A model generated the notes under the pieces. It ran no database searches, was not told where the DNA came from, and worked only from the letters and a program-made list of their open reading frames with translations. From assembly GCF_038025025.1 (NCBI RefSeq), contig NW_027117342.1, positions 2,046,001-2,110,000 on the forward strand: DNA of 64,000 bases, written 5' to 3'. The DNA comes from Phyllosticta citribraziliensis. Its lineage: Eukaryota. The translations under genes were made by a program, and so were the position numbers. Below, one piece after another: positions 34,751 through 48,431 of the stretch. Numbering within the stretch: position 1 is the first letter of the stretch; each line of letters opens with the position of its first letter.

Positions 34751-37700
34751 GCAACGCGAGCGGTTCCAAACGCATCTAGGCGGTCGGAGTCGTTTCCGTT
34801 TTCTTCTCTGGCAATGGGCTTGGCTGACGGATGTTGCGTTCCTCGCGTGCTCGACTTGCTTGGCAGGTAAACACACGCCTTGGTGGCTTGTCTTGCTTGC
34901 TCGCAACGAGATGGGCGCGCGTCCGTCAGCCGAGCAACACCGTTGCCTGGCGCATTGTGCATATCTCCTTGCGCAATTGCTTTTTGATCTTCTCAGATCT
35001 CTCAACTCGGGTCGGGTCCGGCGGTGGCTTTGAGAATCTGCTTTGTTTGTTTGCGTCGTTCCCTGGTCGGACACACCACCCCCCTTTTTACGATTCACGA
35101 CGATATATTTTACCATCTTTTAATCGCAAGCGCGTCAATGAGCGAGCGCATAGCGAGCCGAGAGCGGCGGTATTTGGAAACACGGGGGAAGGGAATTGGC
35201 GACTAGCATTATTCATAGGAGCAAGCGAGCATCGACCGAAGGTCAGCGCTGCGGGTATTGTTAGATACCGACGGCAGCAGTGTGTGTGGATAAGTAGGTT
35301 AGCAGCAGTGGCAGAGTGAACAGGACAGCATGGAATACACGGGAGGGGCCTCCGGAATAGGGTTGGGGGCGTAATTGATAATCTACTTTACTCTGCATCA
35401 TTTCTGTTGCTCAATACAACGCCTCGACTACACACTACATGTACTCATCACCCTATCTGCCTCATCTTAATCGCCTACCTACCTGTGCCCTCTCTCGTTT
35501 AATTCCATTCCTTCACACCCCATGGCAACGCGCCTCTCGTCCGTCCGTCCCTGTTTCTCGAACCCGCAAAGTCAAACCCCGTCTCAGATCCGTACAACCA
35601 CGCATCAATCTCCCTTCCCTTTTCCTTTCTCCGTCGACCATCCCTTGGCTGACCACCACGACAAGAGACGACACGCGCCCGTTCCTCACTTCGCTTCGCC
35701 GCAGCAACAGACGAAACAAAACAGAACAGTCGCCGCAGGTGACCACCGCATCATCCTCTGTCCAAACGCTCGATTGCGTCATCACTTCGCAGCCGGTCCG
35801 TCTTGCGCGGTAACCGCCGCGTTGTGGCTGTGGCTGTCGAAAAGTCCACTGTGTCAGTGCGAAACGCGGAGACGCGGGTCGCGGTGGCGCGTCTGTCCAG
35901 CTGCCCGCTGAACGCCGCGTTGCTTTTGCGCTGCGCTGCGTTGCGCTGTTCAACGGCTGCCTCGTCGTTTCTTTTGCTGTGCTATTTTTGTGCGGCCTCT
36001 ACCGTTGAACTGCTTTTTCGGGTGGACAGTGGAGGAGCCGTGTGGATTGTTTCTGGTCGTGTCAGTAAGGTAGGTAATGGACGGGAGCACGTGGAGTGTG
36101 GTGGAAAAGAAACGAATGTCTGGTTTTGCGCAAGAGGCCTGTGGATTCTTGCACCAGCTCGTGGGCCGGAGGTTTGATTGCTGCGTCATTCGCAGCAGCT
36201 GCTTCATTTGTTGATTGTTGGCCATCATGTTGCTGCCATTGCAGGCTTCTTAGTCTCTCTACCCTACAGCATGTTTACTGGAGCTCCCATTCAATCCCCT
36301 AGATGGTTCCTCACGAGAATCGACGTTTCTCTTTCGTCGTTTCGCGACATGCGAACGAATCTCGGAACGAAAATCTCACGCTCAACGCTAAATATGGGCG
36401 CTCATGTCGTCGACTATGAAACGACGTGTCGACAGATGGAGTGCTCCGCGGAAAAGTCAGCAAGAATCTAATGTCTTCCGCAGCGTCAAGTGCGCCGCCG
36501 CTTGTCTCCATGTTTATGCATACTCGCTTGTCTGCGTACTTTACCTGGTACCTACCTGCCCAGCAAGTTGGCCACGCATCTACTGGAAGCTACCATGCAG
36601 CGCGCCACCGCTCAAGCACGAGCCGATAACAACTCCCTTCGGTTCGTCTTCTGTCTGCGCACTTAGGTACGTCACAAGCTATCGTCCTGGAAGCAGCAAG
36701 TGCATTTGCCCAGGAGACGACAGGGCGGTAGGACTGGGACGCCGCACAGGGAGGGGCAGAGAGACTCGTCCAGGCCTGCATGCACACAGACAGACAGCCA
36801 AGGGAAGGCTGATGAAGCCGTCGTCAGAATGGAGCTTGCTAAAGGACGTGGTGCGGTGCGGTGCGTTGAGGATGGATGGACTGCTGGCAAGAGGTCTGAG
36901 AGAGTTAGGTGGTGGGTTTCTTCATCTGACGCTTTTCCATTGTTTGTAAGACGCATCAATATCCTCGTCTCCCCTTTCCAACTATTCGTGACAGACGTTG
37001 ATGCGCATACAAAAGAGCTGATCCAGACGTTGACTTCTGGAGCTCTTTCTGACGAGGCACGCAGTCAGTGTCGGTGGGAGGTAATGCAGCTGCCATTGCG
37101 CCAGCTGCAGTCGATGCGTGCATTTTCCGCGTCAGCATTCGACCGCTGGCATTGTATTAGTGGATGAGGCCGTGTGTGATGTGGGTAATTCTCGTCTGTA
37201 TGCTTGCCTTCAGGGACATGGCGGCACACTGTCCTTGTGAGGCACTCTTGTTGACGGGAAGCCTTCGAGAGAATTCCAGCGCCTACGAGGGAGGACTATG
37301 GCAGTGAGCATTCAAAGACTGTCGCTCCAGAACCTCATTGAGTCCAAATCAGGATATTTCTGTCAATGAAGCGACCATCCAAAAGCATCAAAGGGTGTCA
37401 ACCGCATCACTCACCCTCTCCACTCTTTCCTTTGCTTTCCTTGACTCCGCTTGACTCCACTCTCCCCGCCACCAAAATGACCCAGGTACCCCTCAACGCC
37501 CACCCCCGCTTACCCCTCCCAACGCGCCGCATCGCATCACGCAGGTACCTTGCTTTGCCCTGTCATGTACACAGACACGATAAGCTCGCCACACAAGCCT
37601 GCCTAACCCATGCACCTCAAGCGCCGCCGCACGGCCGTAGATTGCACTCTACTCCGTCGGCGCCAGTCACACTCAATCAGGCGAAAGTGGAGAGCGAGCA

Positions 37701-39394
37701 AGCAAACAGGGAAGCAAGCAAGCGAGCCGAGTCGAAGCCCCGCACCGCACCGCCAACTTGGAGTAGCAAAGCATAGGCTTGTGTGTACAGAATGTGTCTA
37801 TGCACTCAGAGAGGTAGTTCCGCGCCGGCACGGGGCGACTGCATGCTGGCAGCCATGGCGGCGCATCGGCGCGCATCGCAGCGTCCGGCCAGCCAGGCGG
37901 CCAGCCAGCCCTGAGCGGCGCATAGTGTCAGAGACAGGGTTGCTGTTCGCTTGCGTCGTCGTGGCCTGGCCGGCAGACTGTGGAAGGAGATGGGGGAAAC
38001 AGCAGCGGCGATGAGAAAGGAGGAGCTGGAAAGGGTCGAGGAGATGGGGAAAGAAAACAAGAGGAATTATAAGAAACAAAATAGGAACGACAAGGCGCGA
38101 CAAGACACACCAAAAAGAGATACGCCTTCCCGGCAAGCCATCTAGCTTCGCGCTCGAAGCGCAGCAGGGCGAGCGAGCGGGCAAGTAAGTACCCTAGTCA
38201 ACGAGACTCTACTCCTACTACTCCTCCTACTCCTACTCCTGCATCTATGCCCCATCAAGCTGCATTGATCTCGAGGCTGGGCTGGTGGGCTGGGCTAGGC
38301 GTGGCGGGGCGGTGCAGCTCGCCTCCACCTACATATGTACGTAGTGACCTAGCCACGCCATGCATCTCTACCAGATGGGAAAGGTGATTCGAGATAGAGA
38401 AGAAGAAGTAGCAGCTTGGGCTACAGCGTGGCAAGGATGCAGTACGGCGATGCGCTGGGATGCGCTGCGCTGCGATGTGACGCAGTGTGGTTGGTTGGTT
38501 GATGGTTGGGTCCCGTCCCTGCGCTGCGATGCAATGTGACGCAGCCTAGGTGCGCGACGCGCTGCATTGCGATGCTGTAATCTGGATGGGGACTTCAATC
38601 CCTCGATGCGATACGAAGGCGCATGTGTGGTTGGTTTGTTGGCAAGTCGACAGGCCAAGATGACCTTTGACATTCTGACAGTGCGCCAGCCTCTTCCGCA
38701 CACACAAAAGAGGGGCATCGTTGCAACTCACCAATCCCACATCAACACAGCAAAAGGACAGCAACGTCGACGCAAAAGGAAAGGACACGGCTAAGAATAA
38801 CATGTGGCGAAAGTGGAATGCGGTAGGGAGCTGAAGAAAAGCAAGCAAGCAAGCAAGCGCCGTGAGAAAAAAGCTTAATCGGCATCCGACGTGAACAGGG
38901 ACAAGGAATGGAGGGGTGGGTCGAGTGCAGGAATTGGCGCGCGCCGCGCCGGGTGTGGCGTTTTTCCTATTTGGGCAGTTTGGATGGCTGTGGGGTTTTC
39001 GACGGCGCCCGCGCTGCCAGGCTGTCTGTCAACCCAAGGAAGCAAGGCGACAGGAGGCTGGAGCTTTTAATGCACACAGCCTCTGCAGGCCTGCTGCAGG
39101 ACCAACGACGCGGCGACGTTCGCGCAGGCTGGGCAAATGCTACTGTTGCCGGGATCAGACAGGTTAGTAGGATGGCGACACACTGAGAACAGGGCTTGTG
39201 AATTTACTTGAAGCATTGGAATTGAATTAGCATTACGGTATCATAGGAATCCCTCCCCAAGAGCGCCTTGTCGTCATTGCGTCGTTAAAACATTTTTGTG
39301 GTCCCGCTCCTTCTGTCGTGCATGCATCCGACAAAGCTCTTTACAGCGAAAAGAACAATCAATGGCAGGGTTTGTAGAAGCAAGAGCGAGCGGC

Positions 39395-40077
39395 TCAAGC
39401 AACAGGAGTAGGAGTGGTGGTGGAGCTGATCTTGCGAGACTTGGCCTTTGCCGAAAGCTCCTTGGCTCTCTTGAGCGGCATCTGCTGGACGGCGATGGAA
39501 ATGACCTTATCATTGCTCTTGCATCTTATGCCGTCAGTCGGGGCACCGCCGCTGCACGTCAAGAAGTTGGTGGTGGTCTGGTAGTCGTTGGACGAGACGT
39601 TGGTGGCACCCGTGTACGCGAGACTGCAATGGGCCGTTAGTCGCTCCGAAAACGGAACAGACAGAAACACAAGCCGGTCAGGAAATCTTACTCGAAGCTG
39701 GGGTAGTGAAGCACGTCAATGCGGAACCTGGTCTCGGAGGTAAACAAGTCGAATCGCCATTGCGTCTTGCCCTCGTCGGCGCAATCAATGTAGTCGGGCA
39801 CAGGGTTCAGGCGCGTCGTGTTGGACGAATAGGGCCAAGAACCAGCGCAAGTCGTCTTGGAGTCGGATAGGTCGATGCTGAAGTTGATGGTAGAGTCGAA
39901 TTGGTAGGCCGTGGGCCAGCTTCCGCCGGGCAGGCCAGAGTTCTTTCCCATGAAGTGGGTCTCGAGGTTGGAGATGTCGTAGTTGGTCAGGTTGGCGGTG
40001 CGCGGGTAGACGGGCAGCACGGCGGCGGAAGCGAGGGCGGCTGAGGCCGAGACGGTGAAGAGAGCAGTCCAGATCAT
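39395..40077 (-). CDS. Small secreted Cys-containing protein, AA1 (Alt a 1)-like; effector candidate
   Basis: Signal peptide MIWTALFTVSASAALASA; YDISNL...INFSI....TTCAGSW...YIDC pattern; intron at about 39628-39691; second exon with Cys pair LTC.......IRC. Confidence 0.7.
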
Positions 40078-40915
40078 GTTGAAGTAGCGCGTGCTGAGGT
40101 ATATATGGTCGACGTGGATGTGGATTGGGAGCGCAGGTGAGCTGGATGGCGGGAGGAGGGAGGAGAAGAATTGTATGGAGACAATTGACCGAGCGGACTG
40201 AAGGAAGGCGCGAATGGAGACGTCTTATACCCGGTACATGTAGGCATCGACGAGCGGTGTCTACATGTGTATGGGAAAGGAATAGCTGAATTACACGGCC
40301 GCCCCAAGGGTCCGTGGGCCTGCGGATAGCTGTATGCGACTCTCGCCATGATGATCCGGATGCGGCGACGTCGACGGCGACGGCGGGCTGGCCAGTAGTG
40401 CCAGCCCACAAGGAGAAGACCTGCACTGCGTTTGCCCGGTCAATTCTGTTACCTACCGGTACGTGGACCCGAGCACGCTACTCCTACAGTCCAGCCACCT
40501 CACCTGCGGTGCTCGACGTGACCTGACGTCGCCGTGTCGTGGAAAACAACACTTCCCGAAGCCACGCTCACGAGAGGCTGCCCTTGCTTTTGCCCAACGT
40601 CGCAGCAACGACGTATGACAGGATGAAGAAAGTCGCCGCATCATGTCCGCTCTGCATCTGCATGTGCGCCTGCATCGCATCTGCACCTTGACCGGTTGGT
40701 GGACCTGCCAAGTCTTGATCGGATTCAACGACTCCCGTCAGGTTCCGTTCCTGGCCACACGTGATGTGATGGCAGTTGACTGCCTGATGCAACCCAAAAG
40801 CAGCCGGACAAAGGACAAGACTCCAAGGACACATGGCGCAGCAGCCGGTGCGTGGCGTCGGCCGGGTCAATCGATGGTTTTCGCAGCTTCGGCCTCTCCG
40901 ACAACCACCAATCGC

Positions 40916-43900
40916 TTACCCTGCCGGTCCCGTCACCCCGCCACGGCAGCTGAGGCTCGCCGACGAACAAACCATCTTCAGCCGCCCTGCGCTCTCTCCA
41001 ATCCACACCCTGTACTCGCCCCCAACCGCAGGAACAATCCATTTCTGCTGCCGCACATCCCACACCGACACGTCTCTCCGACTCAACGTCACCGTCACCC
41101 TCTCGCTCTGTCCAGCCCCCAGCCTCGCCGTCTTGGCAAAGTCCCTCAGTTGTATCATCGCCGTCTCGAAGCCCGTGTTGGCAGGGAATTGCACATACGC
41201 CTGTACCACGGCCTTGCCAGCCTTGCTGCCCGAATTGCTCACGGTGACGGAGACGTTGAACGCAGTATCCCACAATGCCGCGTTGCCGCCCTGTCCGCCG
41301 CCACCGGGCGCTGCCGTCTTCGCCACGCTGCTGTATCCCTCGGGATAGGGATATCTCGACGTCGAAGCCCTTGCCTTGTCGGCATCAGCCCTGCTCAGCC
41401 ACGAGTAAATGTATCGCCAGATTTTGGCAAACCCCGCCGGCTCATACGCCTCTGACGCCGGCGGTCTGCTCTTGTCGTACGTCGATTGGGCCGTTTCTTT
41501 TCGAGGGGGCGCATCGGGCGGAGCAGACGACAGTGAAACTCCAGCCACAATGGTCGCTTCTCCGAGCTCAAAGTTGGCATACGACAGCCCGTGACCAAAG
41601 GGATACCGTGGCGCGATGCCCTTGTGATTGAGGTATCGGTAGTCGATATACAACCCTTCCGAGTACGTGTCTTGCGCCTGCCCGAGCTCAAACCCCACGA
41701 GGCCGACCGACTTGGGATAGTCATCCTCGCTCTTGGGGATGCTGTACGGCAGGTGCCCGCTAGGAGACTCGTCCCCAAACAACACCTTTGCCAGCGACTG
41801 GCCCGCCTCTTGACCTGGAAGGTGAGCAAACAGCACAGACTTGACAGATGGCAGGTCGATCCATTCTTCCACGAGTATAGGTCCCACCGTGTGGACGATG
41901 ACGACCACCTTCTCGTACTTGTTCGCCGCCGCCTTGACGAGCGCGTCTCCGTCATGCCACGCATGCAAGCCAGCAACGTTGCGGTCCCCAGCGTTGCCTT
42001 CCACCGTAATGTAATTTTCTCCCGAGTCGGCGCTGATGAACACCAAAGCAACGTCGCCTTTTTCTGCCACGGCCGTCAGAGGGAAAATGTCTGTCAAATA
42101 CGACGTGACATGACTTGAACGCTCTCTGATGGCTGAAATGGGGTCGTCCATGTGAGGGTACTCGGCGGTGCCGGAACCCCATCCCATCCCGAGCGTGCCC
42201 TTGTTACACCCTCGGTCCGGGCACGAATTTGGCCCCGCGGGATTCTTCGACGCACCGCTGCCAAATATCTTGAGCGGGGTTATGCTGTCGAGGGGCAGCA
42301 GGTTGTCTTCATTCTTCAACAACGTTACGGCCTCCATCGCGATATCCCTCGCAACATCGGCGTGGTCCTCTTGCACGTTGACAAATTCGTTGGCCGTGCC
42401 AGAAGGCGAAATCAGAGCACCCGGGTACAGCAATCCTTTGGCGCTTTTGGTCCACGAGGAAAAATTGGGCTCCGGAAACCCCTTGTCTTGGTTCATCTGA
42501 TACCACGCCGCCACCACGCGCGTCGTCATGTCATTCAGTCGCTCCATGGGCACAGAGTCATTCAGGGCAGCCTCTGTCAGGTGGGACGCCCACCACGGCT
42601 CACCGATCAATGGAATCGAGGCGTCTCCTGGCATGGACATGTCGAGCCCGGCCAGCGCGGCCGCTACGCCCGAAATCTGCGCGAGCCAATCGCTCATAAT
42701 CAGACCTTGGAACCCCAGCTCGTCCTTGAGAATTCGGTTGATGAGATAGCTGTTTTGCGTACAAGCCGAGCCGTTGACCTGACTAGGAATCAGCAAACCT
42801 CGTTCGGGAACACTCGAGTCGACCTACAGCGTTGTATGCCGCCATGACTGCTCCCACACCGGCATGAATGCCATCTGCAAAGGGCCACAGGTACAGCTCG
42901 TGGAGCGTCCGGTCGTCGATGTTGGCGCTATAGCCAGGCTGAAGCGGGTTGTACCTGCGCAATCAATCAGTACCATTCCATCACAGACGATACCTTGGAA
43001 AATGGCAGCTCCTGGGCACAGCTGTGGTTCCGGATGACAGCTTCCTGTACTTTTTATAGAGCACAGCCAGGGTGTGTCATTCCTTCTGACACCACGGCGC
43101 CGTTCCAACAAACGACCGTCCTCTCGTAGAAACAACTCACTGGCGGTACATCTCCTGCTCGTTGCCAATTAAATGCTTAATCGTCGCAATCACGCCTTGA
43201 CTCTGGACCCCGCGAATCGTCTCCGCCGCACCAACACCCTGCAGCACAGGGTCCGCGCCAAAGCCCTCCCATCCCCTACCACCCCTCAGTTTCCGCCCGA
43301 GCGGTCCCACCGAAGGGCCGAGATGAAAGTTGATGCCTTTCCCGCGGAACTCCTTGCCCAACGCGGCGCCCCGCGCGTACATGAGCTGCTTGTTGAAGGT
43401 CGCGCCAACGGTGATGCCGGGCGGGAAGGCAGTGACATTGTCCGTGTAGCGCACGCCGAGGGCGGAGTCCTGCAAGCACAGTTGTGGGAAGGACAGGCGT
43501 GGGACGCTCCCTGTGTTCCCAACGCAGCGCCCTGTTGCCAATTCATTCAGTGTCTGCCGCTACTAAACTCTGTGCAGGGACGCAAGTTGGACGATTGCCG
43601 CTTCTGTCATTGAGTGCGCAGACAGGTACGTACGTACCCATGAGAATCCCCGTCCCGCTCGTGATATTCGTCTTCTCCGCCAGCGTCATGCGGGACACCA
43701 GCTTCGCCGCTTTGGCGTAGGCTTCGCCCCACTCGTCGAGCCATCCGGCCACGGGCGTCGGATACCATGGCGGCGAGGTGTACTCGCTCGGCGCCGCCTT
43801 GCCGTCGCCGCCGTCGCTCTTGCGTGAAGAGTCCGAGTGTCCGTTGTCCAGCCAGAAGGTCAAGCGCGCGTCGCTTGGGAGGTGAGGCAGTATGTCGGAG

Positions 43901-43974
43901 ATTTTGAAAGCGGAGGCGATGTGTGTGGTCCACCACATGCACAGCAGGAGGATGAGTTTGGAGAGGTGTGCCAT
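40916..43974 (-). CDS. Secreted GH3 beta-glucosidase
   Basis: Signal peptide; [53 protein letters not shown] (nucleophile), [19 protein letters not shown]-terminal Fn3-like region; several introns. Confidence 0.95.
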
Positions 43975-46969
43975 GCTGGGGTTGTGTGTGGTGCGATGGG
44001 GTGCGGTAAGGACTGACTGGCTCGACCAAAGGCGCGCACGAGGCCGTTGTATGTATAAGAGCAACTACGTAGGCGTGAGGGTTATTACACACTACCGACC
44101 TACTTTATTTTGCTCGAATCGAGGGATCCATGCCGGCATCCGCGCGCACGCGCTCCCGCGGCTTGCTCCGTGGGTAATCAAGCCTCTGCTGGCCCCCCTG
44201 CCAGCTCAGCTCACCCAGCTCATTGGAGGCCCCAGCCTCTACTTCCTGAGATGTCGCCGCTCCCCTGCCATTAAGCGGGCTTGTTCGGCTGTGGGCACAA
44301 GGTGTCGTCACGAGCCACCTGTTAGGTGGTGGTCGGTCAAGTCGGGCAGGTCGGTTCGGGTGCTGTGTGGACATGGCAATTGGCAAGGAACATCAGCGGC
44401 GGGAGAGAGATCGGAACCGGGGCGCTTCCAACGCGTAATTCTTTGATTCGGCTACATACCTTGCCTTGTCGCCTGTATTCGCTCGTGCCGAGCTGGGTTG
44501 TGGCTGATCTACTTTCTTACACACAGCATTTCCTACCTGTCTCTTCGGCTTGGAGGCAAGTGCTGAAACGTGAATGTGGAAGAATAGGGACGTGTTTTGC
44601 ACAGCCATGGCCGGTGCGGTGCGTGCGTTGATAGTTTGAACAGCTGGCCGGCTAGGTACCTGGTAGCAGCTAGCTGGCTAGGTAGCTTGGTTGTGGTGGT
44701 GGTGGTGGCCTATTTCCTCTACATTCAACTGAAGCAAGTGGCCGATTGGGTCAATCTGCCACGCTGCTGGTGCGATGGATTAGAGAATTGTCCTCTGGGT
44801 GCGTTTTCTGACCTGCTGCTGTGCAATTGGATGGACTGGTTGGACTGGTTTGTCAGTCGTTGCGACGTAAGTAAGCACTAGATTGGTCTGTTGACCCATC
44901 TGCCCAGCCGTCCGTCGTCTGTCATCGGCGACGTGACGTGAAGAATGACAGCCAGACAGACTGATGGCAGCGTGTGGCGGCGTCTGAGCGTCGTCGTGGT
45001 CGAGTCTGCCGCTACCGCCGCTGCTGCGGCGAGCCACGGCGTTGATGAATTGAATGGGTTGGACAGGGATGCGTGCGAGGGAGGTCATGCACCAGATTGA
45101 GTTGAAGAGAAAGCTACTTATTTAGGCTAGCACAGTTGCGCCTGATTGGCCGCTGACGAGTGGTAGAGCGGTCCCTCGTTGATTTGGCGGGTAGTTGCAG
45201 ATGGGGCGCGGCTTACTTTGCCTACTTCGTAAGTTGCCATCTGTCGATTTCCATTGGCAAGTTGCCACGAGACCTACATTTCTGCCTCTCGGCGTAGTTG
45301 TGTCTTGTTTTTGTCGAGCCCGTCGGCGCCGCCGTCGACGCCTCGCAAGGCTGTGCTGAACATTCGTCCATGCCTAAATCTCTGTTTTGCCATGGGAAAA
45401 AGGAAGCTCATCAAGCGGGTTGTTCATGGATGTAAAACTATCACATGGCTGGTTGAAAGGAAGCCCTTGGGAAAGCAGGAGACTTCAGGGGCGCGTCTGA
45501 AATTGGCAATGCTTAGCGCCCGCCTGCTTCATCGACGTTTTGGTTTGGCCGGCCAGCCGTTGCAGCGGATGCTCTTTTGACAACAGCCGCCGGCCAAATC
45601 GGCAGTTTTGAAACGTGAGAAGGAGACGGGACAAGGTCCTGTCCCAGCAGTTGCAAAAGCTTGTCCGAGGCTGGACGGAGGCTGAGCAACGGCTTTGGAA
45701 CCTCACACTGGGGGATCCCTGAGCTGGTCATCCCTTTTTGCTGCGCAGTCAACAGGCTGTACTGTAGATTCTTCTCGAGGACAAAGAAGGCGAATACAGA
45801 CTCCGCTGTGGAGGAGACGGCGCACCGTGCGCCGTTCACTGCCGCGTCGCAGCGTCACGTTCAGCCCAAAACAACCCAACGGCCAGGATCCTCAGGTCCT
45901 GGAAACAACCATAGTGCAAATCGTGGAAACCTGGCTTCTTCGACTTGCCTCGGCTCGTCACGGCCCGCTTTTCAAACCAAGACGCACCATCAAAAATTGA
46001 AAGTTATTCGATTCCGCGACTCAGTGGTTGCGGTCATCTAACCAGGTAGAGTTATTTTGATGGTTGAGTTTGACCGAACCTCTGATTGTCTGCGCACAAA
46101 CAGGAAATCTTTTCCGCTGCTGGGTGGTGGGCAAGGTGGGAGGCTTTGTCGTTGGTAAAACGACGCAAACGGAAAGTTGTTGAGCTTCGAGCGATGTCCT
46201 TTGGCAGCTTCTTTGTTGAAGCATATGCAAATCCAGTATGTGTAAAGATGCGGGCTCGGTCTTTGTTGCCTTGCAGCGACCTGCCTCTTTTGACAACACG
46301 AACATTGCTGAGAAAATGACGTTGAAATTTCGAGTTTGCTGTACTTTCGATTTGAGCCTTTTGCGCCGAAACAGCGAACGATTGGCCCACATGCGCATTT
46401 GGCGACGTCAGTGCCTGGCGCGCAGATTTCTGGGAATGGCACCGTCTCTGACTTGGGATTGTTACACGGTAACGTCTTTGTCTGACAAACCGACTGTCCG
46501 ATACTTGGTGACAAACTTGATAGAATGGTCAACAAAGAATAGGGGAACAAACGAAGAGCGTCCATACGCTTGCGCGGAAGATGGATTAGAGCTTCCAAGA
46601 TCTATTCAGCCACAGTACTGAGAGGCCTCGAAGCTCAGCCTGTCTGTGTGCTTCATGACCTCCATCATGCTGCTTCAAACCAAGCAATTTTTCTTATGTC
46701 TCCTTCTTTGTTCCAACGCAGGTGATGTTAGTTGACTGAATACTTCTCTGCTGCATTCAGTAATGGTAAAGGGTCCAATGCGATGGATTGTGCCTGGACA
46801 AAGGATCGCTAATGGGAAGGGCATGATCAGTGATGCATGAGGGAATCCATTGATGACGGCGCGAATACTTAGCTGTGGACATCATCTATCCCATTTTCCA
46901 CCGTCTTTCAAAAGCCTTCACCTCAGTATTCATTTTCCTGCTGCTCTCCTGAGTATTAGCTTAATCGAC

Positions 46970-48082
46970 ATGTCGGACGAGGAATTCAACTTCAACTTCC
47001 ACCACGACGGGAATGAATCGAATGAGCTTCTGAGGGAGACCGCCGAGTTGTTTCGATGGCGCATTGGCCCCAATGGCGAGCCGGAAAGGCGCCCTCCCAA
47101 CAAGCTGGACTACAACACAGAGTGGCAGCACAACGCGAGAACACCCCTGGGCGGTTTGCCAACGCAGATGATGATGATGATGGGAAACAAGCTGGGGCCG
47201 GTCGACAAGCGCCACTTCTTGGACACGGCCAACATTATCAGACGAAACAAAGACTACATTGGCAACCCCGGACCAACCGCTGAGAGCGAGGCGTGGTTCT
47301 ATACGAGACGCATTTTGCGAGACGCATACAACCTCGCTGTCCAACTGGAAGAGGCGGGAAAGACTTTCCGAGACGCTGTGGCCTGCTCCGGCTGCAAAGA
47401 GACACATCCGGTAGAAATGTTCACGAAGTTTGAACTCCGCATGTCGCCCCATTTTCGCAATTGCAAGGGAAGAAGCGGCCGATTCAGAGTCTGTGACCAC
47501 GTCAGTCTGCGGTGGGACGAGCTCTCAGCCAGATGTAAAGCTCCACAGAGACAGCAGGATTGCAACGACGTAGACCACTTCCACGAGGCGGAAAGCTTGT
47601 CGTGGACTCAAAGCATGCCGTGGTCGGAGGTGGAGCCGCCCGGACCGACGCCCTGGTCGCTTCCCTACTACACAATCGTGTTTCGCAGTCGGATAAACCT
47701 CAGAAACGATGGTTGGCACGCCAGGACAATTCAACAGTGGACGGATTTGCTGACAGGCTCGGATCGCTGGACCTGTCCGCATCTGCGTCTTACAGATTTC
47801 ATTCCCCGGTTGCGTTCCAGGCTGGATTCGGAACGCGAGCGGAACCCGAGAAATCATTATGACCCCTTTGCCTTTTCCGGATATCCGCCCTTCGGCGAAA
47901 TGGTCGAAGCTGGTGATGATGGTGTGATGGCTTATTGCCAACATTGCTCAAGCACCATGAGATTGATACAAGAAAGGAGTCGGAGACCTAGTCGCTCTGT
48001 TGCTTACATTGAAGTGGAACGTCGCGTGGTTGTTCCCAGCCGTCCGAATCAGGACTCGTGGTTGCGACATTTGGAACATTGA
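46970..48082 (+). CDS. Hypothetical protein (~370 aa) with a degenerate F-box-like segment and Cys/His clusters
   Basis: Intronless ORF. TPLGGLPTQMMMMMGNKLGPVDK resembles an F-box; CSGCKETH, CxG...VCDH, CPHL and CQHC clusters follow. Confidence 0.65.
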   Translation: MSDEEFNFNFHHDGNESNELLRETAELFRWRIGPNGEPERRPPNKLDYNTEWQHNARTPLGGLPTQMMMMMGNKLGPVDKRHFLDTANIIRRNKDYIGNPGPTAESEAWFYTRRILRDAYNLAVQLEEAGKTFRDAVACSGCKETHPVEMFTKFELRMSPHFRNCKGRSGRFRVCDHVSLRWDELSARCKAPQRQQDCNDVDHFHEAESLSWTQSMPWSEVEPPGPTPWSLPYYTIVFRSRINLRNDGWHARTIQQWTDLLTGSDRWTCPHLRLTDFIPRLRSRLDSERERNPRNHYDPFAFSGYPPFGEMVEAGDDGVMAYCQHCSSTMRLIQERSRRPSRSVAYIEVERRVVVPSRPNQDSWLRHLEH

Positions 48083-48431
48083 TTATAGCTCATGTGGTCA
48101 TTCGGTAAAAGAGTTGTGTGGCGAGGAGCATGTTTTTCCTTTTTGTCGCGGCCGAGTTCACTTCGGACTGTACTTGAAAATGTAGGAGAGTTTGGTGTCA
48201 TATTACGAGACAACTTTGGACAATGACAGACGTACACCCCATCTAAGATCTGTTCAGAGACTTCTCCATGATAACAGGACGATGAGATCGACTTACGCTC
48301 TGGGATTGCACTTGGCCACTATCTTCGAGATGAATCACCAACCAGCTTGCATGTGGAGCTTTTGACTTCTTTCATAGATCGTCTTACAAGCTTCGTCTAC
48401 CAAGCCCCACTAGGAAGCATCTTGCTGCTTG

